The notes beneath the pieces are model-generated. The model did not search any database. It was not told where the DNA came from and was given only the letters and a program-made list of their open reading frames with translations. Shown here one piece after another: positions 32,867 through 44,292 of a DNA stretch of 64,000 nucleotides. The stretch comes from an uncultured beta proteobacterium (lineage in GTDB: Bacteria > Pseudomonadota > Gammaproteobacteria > Burkholderiales > Casimicrobiaceae): positions 10,386 to 74,385 of the forward strand of contig CAWEOX010000017.1 of NCBI GenBank assembly GCA_963810845.1, written 5' to 3'. Numbering within the stretch: the first letter of the stretch is position 1; every line of letters begins with the position of its first letter. Position numbers and translations under genes: made by a program.

Positions 32867-34153
32867 ATGACCATGCGCATTGAACGACGTGAATTCCTGA
32901 AAGCGCTCGGCGCGGTTTCGACCACGGCGGCCGTTTCCGGCTGCGCCACCATGGGCGGTGGCGCGCAGGGCAAGGTCGTGGTCGTCGGCGGCGGCTATGG
33001 CGGCGCGACGGCGGCCAAATACATCCGGATGTGGAGCAACGGGACGGTCGACGTCACCGTCATCGAGCCGAATACCGAGTTCATCTCCTGCCCGCTGTCG
33101 AATCTCGTCCTCGGGGGCTCGAAGCAGATCGCCGATGTCACCGTCAGCTACGACAATCTCGTCAAGCGCCATGGCGTGAAGATGGTCCGCGACACGGCCG
33201 TCGGCGTCGACGCCGACAAGCGCACAGTGAAGCTCGCCGGCGGCGGCGAGCTGCCGTACGATCGGCTGATCCTGTCGCCGGCGATCGATTTCATGTGGGA
33301 CAAGGTGCCCGGGCTCAACAACGCCGATGCCCAGGCGAAGATCCTGCACTCGTGGAAGGCCGGCGCGCAGACGGTCGCGCTGCGCAAGCAGCTCGAGGCG
33401 ATGGCCGACGGCGGCGTCTACGCGATCTCGATACCGGTGGCGCCGTACCGGTGTCCGCCGGGCCCGTACGAGCGCGCCTGTCAGGTCGCGTGGTATTTCA
33501 AGCAGGCCAAGCCGAAATCGAAGGTGCTGATCCTCGACGGCAACGGTGACGTGACGTCGAAGGCCGCTCTGTTCAAGAAGGCGTGGGCGGAGGAGTACAA
33601 GGGCATCGTCGAGTACCGGCCGAATTACGTGCTGACCGACGTCGACGCGCGCACGCTCACCGCCAAATTCGAAACGCACGACGACGTCAAGGCGAGCGTG
33701 CTCAACGTGCTGCCGCCGCAGCGCGCCGCGGCGATCGCGCGCAGCGCCGGCGTGGTCACCGCGAACGATCGCTGGTGCGACGTCGATTTCCTGACGTTCG
33801 AATCGGTCAAGGTCAAGAACGTCCACGTTCTCGGCGACGCGATCCAGATCGCGGCGGGAATGCCCAAGTCGGCGCACATGGCGAATCAGCACGCGAAGGT
33901 GTGCGCGGCGGCGGTGGTCGCGCTCTTGTCCGGGCAGCCGCCCAATCCGGCACCCGTGCTCACCAACACCTGCTACAGCTTCCTCACCGCCAGCGACGTC
34001 GTCCATGTCTGCTCGGTGCACCAGTACGACGCGGAAAAGAAGACCTTCCTGCCCGTGCAGGGCGCAGGCGGCGTGTCACCGGCGATGAGCGCCGTCGAAG
34101 GCGCGTATGCGTTCGGATGGGCGATGAACATCTGGGCCGACACGCTCGCCTGA
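32867..34153 (+). CDS. fccB: Flavocytochrome c sulfide dehydrogenase flavoprotein subunit (FccB/SoxF-like)
   Basis: ORF 32867..34153. Twin-arginine signal RREFLKALG and FAD fold VVVVGGGYGGATAAKY. Confidence 0.8.
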   Translation: MTMRIERREFLKALGAVSTTAAVSGCATMGGGAQGKVVVVGGGYGGATAAKYIRMWSNGTVDVTVIEPNTEFISCPLSNLVLGGSKQIADVTVSYDNLVKRHGVKMVRDTAVGVDADKRTVKLAGGGELPYDRLILSPAIDFMWDKVPGLNNADAQAKILHSWKAGAQTVALRKQLEAMADGGVYAISIPVAPYRCPPGPYERACQVAWYFKQAKPKSKVLILDGNGDVTSKAALFKKAWAEEYKGIVEYRPNYVLTDVDARTLTAKFETHDDVKASVLNVLPPQRAAAIARSAGVVTANDRWCDVDFLTFESVKVKNVHVLGDAIQIAAGMPKSAHMANQHAKVCAAAVVALLSGQPPNPAPVLTNTCYSFLTASDVVHVCSVHQYDAEKKTFLPVQGAGGVSPAMSAVEGAYAFGWAMNIWADTLA

Positions 34154-34173
34154 CGCCACCGCATCGCGCGAAT

Positions 34174-34229
34174 CGCGTCGTGCGAAGCGCGTCGTGCGAA
34201 GCGCGTCGTGCGAAGCGCGTCGTGCGCGG
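34174..34229. repeat. Tandem repeat, 14-bp unit CGCGTCGTGCGAAG, 3 full copies plus one partial
   Basis: Read directly: units at 34174-34187, 34188-34201 and 34202-34215, and a partial unit at 34216-34229. It degenerates into GCGCGGCGCG-type repeats up to about 34260. Confidence 0.9.
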
Positions 34230-34254
34230 CGCGGCGTGCGCGGCGCGCGTGCGC

Positions 34255-34359
34255 GGCGCGGCGTGAGCCGCTGGGCGCGGGCTTCGGGTGCCGCCAAGCG
34301 TGTCGGGCGAGCGCGTACGGCGGCTTGAGGCGCCCGCGCCCAGCGGCTCACGCCGCGCC
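34255..34359. repeat. Perfect 27-nt inverted repeat (long hairpin) between convergent fccB and clpA
   Basis: GGCGCGGCGTGAGCCGCTGGGCGCGGG at 34255-34281 is the exact reverse complement of 34333-34359, with a 51-nt spacer. Possible bidirectional terminator or REP-type structure. No U-tract. Confidence 0.8.
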
Positions 34360-34422
34360 GGGACCCATAGGCCGACGTTTGCGACCCTCGGGCGCCCGCG
34401 CGCGACCCTGACCGCTGCCAGG
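34354..34422. repeat. Dispersed ~70-bp intergenic repeat, copy A
   Basis: CGCGCCGGGACCCATAGGCCGACGTTTGCGACCCTCGGGCGCCCGCGCGCGACCCTGACCGCTGCCAGG matches 51979-52047 apart from a few substitutions or indels. Confidence 0.85.
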
Positions 34423-34510
34423 CACAATTCCACACGACGACGCAACTGGGTTAGGCGATGAACGAAAAATGGCGCCCGCAGGCGCCATTTTTCGTGAGCC
34501 GGCGAAGAAT

Positions 34511-36775
34511 TCATGCCACCGGCTCGGCCTCCTTGTTTTCCTCGAACGCGAGCTGGACCTTGTCGTCGGGACCGATGTCGATCGTCACCTTGCCGCCGCC
34601 GACCAGCTTGCCGAACAGCAGCTCGTCGGCCAGCGCCTTGCGGATCGTGTCCTGGATGAGCCTCGCCATCGGCCGCGCGCCCATCTGCGGATCGAAGCCC
34701 TTCTTCGCGAGGAACGCCTTCAACGCCGGCGTGAACGACGCGTCGACTTTCTTCTCGTGGAGCTGGTTCTCGAGCTCGAGCAGGAACTTGTCGACCACCA
34801 TCAGAATCACCTCGTGGTCGAGCGCGGCGAACGAGATCACCGCGTCCAGCCGGTTGCGGAACTCCGGCGTGAACATCCGCTTGATCTCGCCCATTTCGTC
34901 GCCGGTTTCCTTGGTGCTGGTGAAGCCCATCGTGCCCTTGGCGAGCGCCTCGGCGCCGGCATTGGTGGTCATGATGACCGTCACATTGCGAAAGTCCGCC
35001 TTGCGGCCGTTGTTGTCGGTCAGCGTGCCGTGGTCCATCACCTGCAACAGGATGTTGAAGATGTCCGGATGCGCCTTCTCGATCTCGTCCAGCAGCAGCA
35101 CGCTGTACGGATGCTTGGTGATCGCCTCGGTGAGCTGGCCGCCCTGGTCGAAGCCGATGTAGCCGGGCGGCGCGCCGATCAGCCGCGACACGGCGTGCCG
35201 CTCCATGTATTCGGACATGTCGAAGCGGATCAGCTCGACGCCCAGGCAATACGCGAGCTGGCGCGCGACCTCGGTCTTGCCGACCCCCGTGGGGCCGCTG
35301 AAGAGGAAGTTGCCGATCGGCTTCTGCGGGTTGCCGAGGCCCGAGCGTGCCATCCGGATGGCCGCGGTCAGCGCGTCGATCGCGTTCGCCTGCCCGAACA
35401 CGACGTTCTTGAGGTCGCGGTCGAGCGTCTTCAGCGCATTGCGATCGTCGGAGGACACGTTCTTTGCGGGAATGCGCGCGATCTTCGCGACGATGTCCTC
35501 GATTTCCGCCTTGTTGATGACCTTCTTCTGCTTCGACTTGGGCAGGATCTTCTGCGCCGCACCGGCTTCGTCGATGACGTCGATCGCCTTGTCCGGCAAA
35601 TGGCGGTCGTTGATGAAGCGCGCCGAGAGCTCGGCGGCGGTGGTGAGCGCCGCCGGCGAATACTTGACCCCGTGGTGCTGCTCGAAGCGGGTTTTCAGCC
35701 CCTTCAGGATTTCGATGGTCTCGGCGATCGACGGCTCCGGCACGTCCACCTTCTGGAAGCGCCGCGACAGCGCGTGGTCCTTCTCGAAGATCTGCCGGTA
35801 CTCGTTGTACGTCGTCGCGCCGATGCACTTGAGCGCACCAGTGGACAGCGCGGGCTTCAGCAGATTGGACGCGTCGAGCGTCCCGCCCGACGCCGCGCCG
35901 GCGCCGATGATAGTGTGGATCTCGTCGATGAACAGGATCGACTTCGGATTCTCGGCGAGCTGCTTTAGCACCGCCTTCAGGCGCTGCTCGAAATCGCCGC
36001 GATACTTGGTCCCCGCCAGCAGCGCGCCCATGTCGAGCGAATGGACCTGGTATTCGTACAGGAGCTCCGGCACTTCGTGGTCGTTGATGCGGCGCGCGAG
36101 GCCTTCGGCAATCGCCGTCTTGCCCACGCCGGCCTCGCCGACGAGAAGCGGGTTGTTCTTGCGGCGGCGGCAAAGCACCTGGATCACGCGCTCGAGCTCG
36201 AGCGCGCGCCCGATCAGCGGGTCGGTCTTGCCCTGCTTCGCCATCTGGTTGAGGTTGATCGTGTAGGCATCGAGCGCGCCTTGGCCCTCGCTCGAGCCTT
36301 CGGTTTCTTCCCGGGCTTCGCTCTTCTCGGGCTTCTGCTGCGCGCCCTTGCCGATGCCGTGCGCGATGTAGTTGACAACGTCGAGACGGGTCACGCCGCG
36401 CTGGTTGAGAAAGTAGACGGCGTGCGATTCCTTTTCGCCGAAGATCGCGACCAGGACGTTGGCGCCGGTGACTTCCTTCTTGCCCGATGACTGCACGTGC
36501 AGGATCGCGCGCTGGATCACGCGCTGGAAGCCCTGCGTCGGCTGGGTGTCGGAATCGGAATGCGGCGACAGGCGCGGCGTGTGCTCGCTGATGAAATCGG
36601 CGAGAACGCCGCGCAGCTCCTCGAGATCGACGCCACAGGCCTTCAGCACCTCGGCCGCCGACGGATTGTCCAGCATCGCGAGCAGCAAGTGCTCGACCGT
36701 GATGAACTCATGCTGCTTCTGCCGTGCCTCGACAAAAGCCATGTGGAGGGAAACTTCCAGTTCCTGCGCAATCAT
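34511..36775 (-). CDS. clpA: ATP-dependent Clp protease ATP-binding subunit ClpA
   Basis: ORF 34511..36823 trimmed to ATG 36775 ([19 protein letters not shown]...). Two Walker A sites, [10 protein letters not shown] and GPTGVGKTE. Confidence 0.9.
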   Translation of the reverse strand: MIAQELEVSLHMAFVEARQKQHEFITVEHLLLAMLDNPSAAEVLKACGVDLEELRGVLADFISEHTPRLSPHSDSDTQPTQGFQRVIQRAILHVQSSGKKEVTGANVLVAIFGEKESHAVYFLNQRGVTRLDVVNYIAHGIGKGAQQKPEKSEAREETEGSSEGQGALDAYTINLNQMAKQGKTDPLIGRALELERVIQVLCRRRKNNPLLVGEAGVGKTAIAEGLARRINDHEVPELLYEYQVHSLDMGALLAGTKYRGDFEQRLKAVLKQLAENPKSILFIDEIHTIIGAGAASGGTLDASNLLKPALSTGALKCIGATTYNEYRQIFEKDHALSRRFQKVDVPEPSIAETIEILKGLKTRFEQHHGVKYSPAALTTAAELSARFINDRHLPDKAIDVIDEAGAAQKILPKSKQKKVINKAEIEDIVAKIARIPAKNVSSDDRNALKTLDRDLKNVVFGQANAIDALTAAIRMARSGLGNPQKPIGNFLFSGPTGVGKTEVARQLAYCLGVELIRFDMSEYMERHAVSRLIGAPPGYIGFDQGGQLTEAITKHPYSVLLLDEIEKAHPDIFNILLQVMDHGTLTDNNGRKADFRNVTVIMTTNAGAEALAKGTMGFTSTKETGDEMGEIKRMFTPEFRNRLDAVISFAALDHEVILMVVDKFLLELENQLHEKKVDASFTPALKAFLAKKGFDPQMGARPMARLIQDTIRKALADELLFGKLVGGGKVTIDIGPDDKVQLAFEENKEAEPVA

Positions 36776-36847
36776 TGTCTCAACCTCTCGCGGCCACATC
36801 CGCCATGCCGCGGGGTGCGGCATCCACGGCCCTGCCGGCCATAACGC

Positions 36848-37156
36848 TCAAGCTTCCTCCATCGTGCACTGCAACGGATGCTGGTGCTTCCGCGCGATGT
36901 CGATCACCTGCTCCACCTTCGCCGTCGCCACTTCCCGCGTGTAGGTGCCGCAGACGCCCATCCCTTCACGGTGCACCTGCAGCATCACCTGAGTCGCCTT
37001 TTCCCGGCTCATCGCGAATACAGTCTGCAACACGACAACCACAAAGTCCATCGGCGTGTAGTCGTCGTTCAGCAGCAGCACCTTGTACAGCGGCGGCGGC
37101 TTGAGCCGGGTCTTCTCGGCTTCGAGGATACTGCCGTCTCGCTGCTGGTTGGCCAT
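36848..37156 (-). CDS. clpS: ClpS adaptor protein
   Basis: ORF 36848..37156 ([20 protein letters not shown]). Immediately upstream of clpA. Confidence 0.9.
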   Translation of the reverse strand: MANQQRDGSILEAEKTRLKPPPLYKVLLLNDDYTPMDFVVVVLQTVFAMSREKATQVMLQVHREGMGVCGTYTREVATAKVEQVIDIARKHQHPLQCTMEEA

Positions 37157-37222
37157 TTACGATCTATGTTTGATGATTGCAACACATTTTTCAAGGGGCC
37201 CGCAAAAATACCCGACCCCGGC

Positions 37223-37251
37223 TTGACGGCGTCCGGCCTGACGCGTAAAAA
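37223..37251 (+). promoter_or_regulatory. Candidate sigma70 promoter of the cold-shock gene
   Basis: TTGACG at 37223-37228, a 17-nt spacer, then TAAAAA at 37246-37251. This would give a 5' UTR of about 120 nt, which is typical for cspA-family mRNAs. Confidence 0.35.
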
Positions 37252-37376
37252 AACCCTGTTTGGCTCCAAAGTGTCTGCTGTTCCGGTCCGCCCGCGCATC
37301 GTCGCTTGCGTCTGCCGCAGATGGTACTTGCTGTCCAAACAACAAACTTCCGTTCATTCTCTGAGGACGTAGCACT

Positions 37377-37580
37377 ATGGCAACCGGCACGGTCAAGTGG
37401 TTCAACGATGCAAAGGGCTTCGGCTTCATCACGCCGGACGGCGGCGGTGAAGACCTGTTTGCCCATTTCTCGGCAATCAACATGCCGGGATTCAAGACGT
37501 TGAAAGAGGGCCAGAAGGTCAGTTTCGAAGTAACCCAGGGGCCGAAAGGCAAGCAGGCGTCCAACATCCAGGCCGCCTGA
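37377..37580 (+). CDS. cspA: Cold-shock protein (CspA family)
   Basis: ORF 37377..37580 ([29 protein letters not shown]). Confidence 0.9.
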   Translation: MATGTVKWFNDAKGFGFITPDGGGEDLFAHFSAINMPGFKTLKEGQKVSFEVTQGPKGKQASNIQAA

Positions 37581-37622
37581 CGCCGCGCGCCACTGTCGGC
37601 GCTGGCGCCTCGCGACGAAGAA

Positions 37623-37651
37623 GAGCCCGCCACCCGGCGGGCTCTCTGCTT
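37623..37651 (+). terminator. Rho-independent terminator after cspA
   Basis: GAGCCCGCC-ACCC-GGCGGGCTC followed by TCTGCTT. It sits between the convergent cspA and icd genes. Confidence 0.55.
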
Positions 37652-37757
37652 GTGGCGGGTCGGATTCCGCCATCCCCGGGATCCCCATCCCCCGGACATG
37701 CCGGTCGCCCGTACGTCGGTGGGAGCGGCCCGCGGCCACTCCCGGCGCGACGAAGGC

Positions 37758-39017
<1,260 letters not shown>

Positions 39018-39144
39018 CGGGTTCTCCATGGATGGTAGCCGGGCACGGCCGGACTCCGGCACGATTTTCCACGGCCTGCGCGCATTCGACTTTGCGGGGG
39101 GTCAAACTACGGCTGATGCAGATCGCCGATTATCCTCGCTTTCG

Positions 39145-39786
39145 ATGAACGCCGCCACGCCGCGCCGCGCGAGTCCCCACCACCGTCCCCGAGGGCCCGC
39201 CGGCGGCGAACCGCGGGTCGTCCTGTTCAACAAACCGTTCGGCGTGCTCTGCCAGTTCTCCGCCGACGGCAGCGGCAAACCGACGCTCGCCGACTTCGTT
39301 CACGTTCCCGGCGTCTATCCTGCGGGCCGTCTCGACGCGGACAGCGAGGGTCTCGTCGTCCTCACCGCCGACGGCGCGTTGCAGGCGCGCATCACCGACC
39401 CGCGGCACAAGGTCGACAAGGTCTATCGGGTCGAGGTCGAGGGCGTGCCGACGCCGGAACAGCTGGCCGCGCTCGCCGCCGGCGTCGATCTGGGCGACTT
39501 CGTCACCGCCCCGGCGCGTGTCCGGCAGATCGCCGAACCCGACGGCTTGTGGCCGCGTCATCCGCCGATCCGGGTGCGCCGGGCGATACCGACCCGCTGG
39601 CTCGAGCTCACGCTGCGCGAAGGCAGGAACCGCCAGGTGCGGCGGATGACGGCGGCCGTCGGATTGCCGACGCTGCGCCTCATCCGCTGGGCGGTCGGCG
39701 CGTGGAGTCTCGAAGGGCTCCCGCCGGGCGCCACGCGCACGGAAGCGGCGCCGACGCGCGTGGTATCATCGCCTCCCGCCCGTTGA
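39145..39786 (+). CDS. rluE: rRNA pseudouridine synthase (RluE/RsuA family)
   Basis: ATG 39145 within ORF 39028..39786. Motifs [14 protein letters not shown], catalytic [14 protein letters not shown], and [14 protein letters not shown]. Confidence 0.65.
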   Translation: MNAATPRRASPHHRPRGPAGGEPRVVLFNKPFGVLCQFSADGSGKPTLADFVHVPGVYPAGRLDADSEGLVVLTADGALQARITDPRHKVDKVYRVEVEGVPTPEQLAALAAGVDLGDFVTAPARVRQIAEPDGLWPRHPPIRVRRAIPTRWLELTLREGRNRQVRRMTAAVGLPTLRLIRWAVGAWSLEGLPPGATRTEAAPTRVVSSPPAR

Positions 39787-39913
39787 GCGGCCAGCGTTTC
39801 ACACTGCGACCGCCGTTGCGACCCGCCGCCTACGCCCGCCGCGCCCCTACCGGTTCCACCTCGTTGGTCTTCGCCCTCGCCGCCCCGGCCGCACCCGACG
39901 CCGCGCCCCTACG

Positions 39914-41285
39914 ATGATTCGCCGACTGATCGCCCGCCTGCTGCCCGGCAAGGGCAAGTCCGGCGGCGCGCCGCGCGTGTACGGGCCCCGCGACCACCCG
40001 ATCCGGCATACCGCGCTCAGTCCCGGCGCCCTGCAGGTCACGCGCCGGTTGCAGGAAGCCGGCTTCAAGGCGTTCATCGTGGGCGGCGCCGTGCGCGACC
40101 TGCTGCTCGGCATCGAGCCCAAGGATTTCGACCTCGCCACCGACGCCCTCCCGGAACAGGTCAAGCCACTGTTCCGCCGGGCCTACCTGATCGGCCGCCG
40201 GTTCCGGCTCGTCCACGTGCACGTCGGCGCCGAAACCCTCGAGGTCGCGACGTTCCGCGCGGCGCAGACCGGCGACGACGCGACCGACGAGCACGGCCGG
40301 CTGCTCTCCGACAACGTCTACGGCACCCAGGCCGAAGACGCGGCGCGCCGCGACTTCACGATCAACGCGCTCTACTTCGACCCGGCGACCGAGGAAGTCT
40401 GGGACTTCGTCGGCGGGGTCGCCGATATCCGGGCCCGGCGCCTGAAGCTGATCGGCCCGCCGACGACCCGCTACCGCGAGGACCCGGTGCGCATGCTGCG
40501 CGCCGTCCGGCTCGCCGCCAAGCTCGGCGTGGCGATCGAACCGAAGACCGCGGCGCCGATCCCGAAGCTCGCCTCGCTGATGCAAAACGTGCCGCCGGCG
40601 CGACTGTTCGACGAGATGCAGAAGCTCCTGCTCTCCGGGCACGCGGTGGAGACGGTCAAGAGCCTGCGCACGCACGGGCTGTCGCACGGCCTCCTGCCGC
40701 TGCTCGACGTGATCCTGGAGCAGCCGCTCGGCCAGCGGTTCATCGACCTGGCGCTCGCCAACACCGACGCCCGCGTGCGCGACGACCGCGGCGTGTCCCC
40801 GGCCTTCCTGTTCGCGACGCTGCTCTGGCACGACGTGCTGGCGACGTGGAACGCCGCGAAGGCGCGCGGCGACAAGCCGATCCCGGCGCTGTTCGAGGCG
40901 ATGGACCAGGTGCTCGAGCGGCAGGCGAAGCAGCTCGCGATCCCGCGCCGCTTCGAAGCCACGATCAAGGAGATCTGGGCGCTGCAGCCGCGCTTCCTGC
41001 AGCGTTCCGGGACAGCGCCCGTTTCGGCTGCTCGAGCATCCGCGCTATCGCGCCGCGTGGGACTTTCTCGGCCTGCGCTGCGCGAGCGGCGAACTCGAAG
41101 GCGACGTGGCCGATCTCGCCGAGTGGTGGGAGCGCTTCGCCGACGCGCCGCATGCCGAGCGCGAAGCGATGCTCCGCCCGGACGAGGGGCCGAAGAAGAA
41201 GCGCCGCCCGCGCGGCCGCGGCCGCAGGCGGGCGCGAGGACGGCGCGCGATCCGCCGCCGGATGCCGAGCCGACGCGCGGAGTGA
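39914..41285 (+). pseudogene. pcnB: Poly(A) polymerase I with the frame broken by one extra base near 41009-41012
   Basis: ORF 39914.. carries FIVGGAVRDLLLGIEPKDFDLAT up to FLQRSG. The conserved continuation QRPFRLLEHPRYRAAWDFLGLRCASGELEGDVADLAEWWERF...RRAE, with stop at 41283-41285, lies in the +1 frame. Removing one G of TCCGGGACAG joins them. Confidence 0.85.
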
Positions 41286-41793
41286 ACGCCGACGCTCGCG
41301 TACCTCGGGCTGGGCAGCAACCTCGCCCACCCGCGCCGCCAGCTTGCGCGGGCCGTGCGCGCCATCGCGCAACTGCCCGGCGTCCACGAGGTCGCCGTGT
41401 CGCCCAACTACGCGAGCGCGCCGGTCGGCTGCGACGGTTCCGCAGCCCGACTACGTCAACGCGGTCGCCGCCGTGCGCACGACGCTCCCGCCGCGCGCGC
41501 TGCTCGCGGCGCTGCACGCGATCGAGCGGCGGCAGCGCCGCCGGCGCGCGCGCGAACCGCGCCGCAACGCGCCGCGAACGCTCGACCTCGATTTGCTACT
41601 ATACGGCCGCCGCCGCGTCCGGCTGTCCGGCCTCACGCTGCCGCACCCGCGAATGCACGAGCGCGCCTTCGTGCTGCGCCCGCTGGTCGACCTGTCCCCG
41701 TCGGCGACCATCCCCGGACGCGGGCTCGCGCGGCGCTTTCTGCGCGCCGTCCGCGACCAGCGCGTTTCGCGGACCCGTTCCCACGTCCTGTAG
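41282..41793 (+). pseudogene. folK: 2-amino-4-hydroxy-6-hydroxymethyldihydropteridine pyrophosphokinase, frame broken near 41438-41443 and probably again near the start
   Basis: AYLGLGSNLAHPRRQLARAV...SPNYASAPVG lies in one frame. QPDYVNAVAAVRTTLPP...RTLDLDLLLYG...LPHPRMHERAFVLRPL lies in the next frame (that of ORF 40846..41793). The only nearby start codon is GTG 41282, which overlaps the pcnB stop and sits in a third frame. Confidence 0.75.
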
Positions 41794-41805
41794 CGGCCGC
41801 ACACG

Positions 41806-42453
41806 ATGGATCTCGACAAGTGCCGCTACATCGTCGTCGAAGGGCCGATCGGCGCCGGCAAGACGAGCCTCGCGCGACAGATCGCGACCCACCTCGCCGG
41901 CGACGCGCTGCTCGAGCGGCCGGAGGACAACCCGTTCCTCGCCCGCTTCTACGAGGACATGGCGCGCTATGCGCTGCCCACACAGCTCAACTTCCTGTTC
42001 CAGCGGATCGACCAGCTGCGCGGCGTTGGCCAGCTCGACATGTTCCGCCGCGCGACCGTCGGCGATTTCCTGCTCGACAAGGATCCGCTGTTCGCGCGGC
42101 TCAACCTTTCGGACGCCGAATACCGGCTGTACGAAAAGGTCTATTCGCATCTGAAGCCCCAGGCGCCCACGCCCGATCTCGTCATCTACCTGCAGGCGCC
42201 GGTCGAAACGCTGGTCGAGCGCGTGCGGGAGCGCGGGGTCGAGTATGAACGGACGATTTCGCCGCATTACCTCGCCCGGCTCGCCGACGCGTACACGCGG
42301 TATTTCTACCAATACGTGGAAGCGCCCCTGCTCATCGTCAACAGCGAACGGCTCAATTTCGTCGCCAGGGCCGAACACCTGACGCTGCTGCTGACGCGGA
42401 TCGGATCGATGCGCGGCCAGCGCGAATTCTTCAACCTCGGCCAGACAGCGTGA
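41806..42453 (+). CDS. Deoxynucleoside kinase
   Basis: ORF 41806..42453. P-loop VVEGPIGAGKTSLARQ and a DRF/ERS-type region (FLFQRIDQL). Confidence 0.75.
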   Translation: MDLDKCRYIVVEGPIGAGKTSLARQIATHLAGDALLERPEDNPFLARFYEDMARYALPTQLNFLFQRIDQLRGVGQLDMFRRATVGDFLLDKDPLFARLNLSDAEYRLYEKVYSHLKPQAPTPDLVIYLQAPVETLVERVRERGVEYERTISPHYLARLADAYTRYFYQYVEAPLLIVNSERLNFVARAEHLTLLLTRIGSMRGQREFFNLGQTA

Positions 42454-42467
42454 CAGGAGGACCCGGC

Positions 42468-43301
42468 GTGGCGCCCTATACCCCCGGAGGCAACACGGCA
42501 CCGCGCCCGGCGCGGCTCACCGTCCCCGCGCTCGCCACGATGGCGCGCGACGGCACGAAGATCGCGATGCTGACCGCGTACGACGCGAGCTTCGCGGCCC
42601 TCGCCGAGCGGGCCGGGATCGACGTGCTGCTGGTCGGCGATTCGCTCGGCATGGTGATCCAGGGGCACGACTCGACGCTGCCGGTGACCCTTGCCGACGT
42701 GCTCTACCACACGCGCTGTGTCGCGACCGGCTGCGCGCGGCCGCTCGTCATCGCCGACCTGCCCTTCGGCAGCTATCAGGGGAGTCCGGGCCAGGCGTAC
42801 GCCGCGTCGGCCGCGGCGCTGCAGGCGGGGGCGCAGATGGTCAAGCTGGAAGGCGGCGCGTGGCTCGCGCCGACGGTGTCGTTCCTGGTGACGCGCAGCG
42901 TGCCGGTGTGCGGCCACGTCGGCTTGCAGCCGCAGTCGGTGAACGCGCTCGGCGGCTATCGCGTGCAAGGGAAAACGGCGGATGCCGCCGAGGCCCTGCT
43001 CGCCGATGCCCACGCGCTCGTCGCCGCGGGCGCATCGCTGCTCGTCGTCGAATGCGTGCCGCAGGCGCTGGGCGAGGCGCTGACGCGCGCGGTCCCGGTG
43101 CCGGTCATCGGCATCGGCGCGGGGCCGCACTGTTCGGGGCAGGTGCTGGTACTGTACGATGCCCTCGGAATTCAGCCGGGCCGCGCCGCGCGCTTCGTCC
43201 GCAACTTCCTCCTGGGGAAGGACAGCGTCGAGGCCGCGCTGGCCGGGTATGCGGCGGCGGTGAAGGACGGTTCGTTCCCGGGGCCGGAGCACTGCTTCTG
43301 A
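42468..43301 (+). CDS. panB: 3-methyl-2-oxobutanoate hydroxymethyltransferase
   Basis: ORF 42450..43301. I prefer GTG 42468, 7 nt after AGGAGG. Motifs MLTAYDASFA, VGDSLGMV, KLEGG. Confidence 0.9.
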   Translation: MAPYTPGGNTAPRPARLTVPALATMARDGTKIAMLTAYDASFAALAERAGIDVLLVGDSLGMVIQGHDSTLPVTLADVLYHTRCVATGCARPLVIADLPFGSYQGSPGQAYAASAAALQAGAQMVKLEGGAWLAPTVSFLVTRSVPVCGHVGLQPQSVNALGGYRVQGKTADAAEALLADAHALVAAGASLLVVECVPQALGEALTRAVPVPVIGIGAGPHCSGQVLVLYDALGIQPGRAARFVRNFLLGKDSVEAALAGYAAAVKDGSFPGPEHCF

Positions 43302-43376
43302 ACGCTCCGCCGGCGGTCGCCGTCGACCGCCACGACGCGCAGGACCCCTTACAACCACGGCCGATCGGACCAGCGC

Positions 43377-44234
43377 ATGGAAATCGTCAGAACCGCAGCG
43401 GAACTGTCGCAGCACCTCGAAGGGGCCAGACGCGTCGCCTTCGTGCCGACAATGGGCAACCTGCACCAGGGCCATCTGTCGCTGATGGATATCGCGCGGG
43501 CACACGGCGATGCGGTGGTCGCCAGCATCTTCGTCAACCGGCTGCAGTTCGGGCCCAACGAGGACTTCGACCGCTACCCGCGGACGATCGATGCCGACCG
43601 GGCGGGGCTCGAGAAGATCGGCGTCGACGTGCTGTTCGCCCCGCTCGAGCAGGAGATGTATCCGACGCCGCAGGTCTACCGCGTACAGCCGGCGCCCTTG
43701 GCCGAGGAGCTGGAAGGCGCCTCCCGACCCGGCTTCTTCCACGGCGTATGCACGGTCGTCCTGAAGCTCTTCAACCTGGTCCAGCCCGACGTCGCCGTGT
43801 TCGGCAAGAAGGACCGCCAGCAGCTGAAGATCGTGCGCGGGATGGTCCAGCAGTTCAACATGCCGATCCGGATCGTGCCCGCGGAAACCATCCGCGCACC
43901 CGACGGGCTCGCGCTCTCGTCGCGCAACAATTACCTTACGCCAAGCGAACGCGCCGAAGCGCCGAATCTCTACCGGATCCTGCGCGGGGTCGCCGACGCG
44001 ATCGCCCACGGGCGCCACGATTACGCGAACCTCGAAGTCGCGGCGCGCGCCGAGCTCGCGCAACGCGGCTGGAAGGTCGACTACGTGGCGATCCGCCACG
44101 GGCTCGGCCTGCGCATCCCGCATCCGGAAGGCTACGACCATCCCAATCTGCTGATCGTGCTGGGCGCCGCCGGCCTCGGGAACACGCGCCTCATCGACAA
44201 CGTCGACGTGGTGCCGGGGCATCACGAGGACTGA
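43377..44234 (+). CDS. panC: Pantoate--beta-alanine ligase
   Basis: ORF 43377..44234 ([25 protein letters not shown]). Confidence 0.9.
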   Translation: MEIVRTAAELSQHLEGARRVAFVPTMGNLHQGHLSLMDIARAHGDAVVASIFVNRLQFGPNEDFDRYPRTIDADRAGLEKIGVDVLFAPLEQEMYPTPQVYRVQPAPLAEELEGASRPGFFHGVCTVVLKLFNLVQPDVAVFGKKDRQQLKIVRGMVQQFNMPIRIVPAETIRAPDGLALSSRNNYLTPSERAEAPNLYRILRGVADAIAHGRHDYANLEVAARAELAQRGWKVDYVAIRHGLGLRIPHPEGYDHPNLLIVLGAAGLGNTRLIDNVDVVPGHHED

Positions 44235-44292
44235 CACCGGGCTTCCGCCACGTCCTCGCGTCCGCCCGCATCCGATCCCGCGCCCACCACTC

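Noticed and set aside
34174-34260. Possible CRISPR array
   Set aside because: The 14-bp units are directly adjacent with no spacers, there are only about 3.5 copies, and there are no cas genes. It is a simple tandem repeat.
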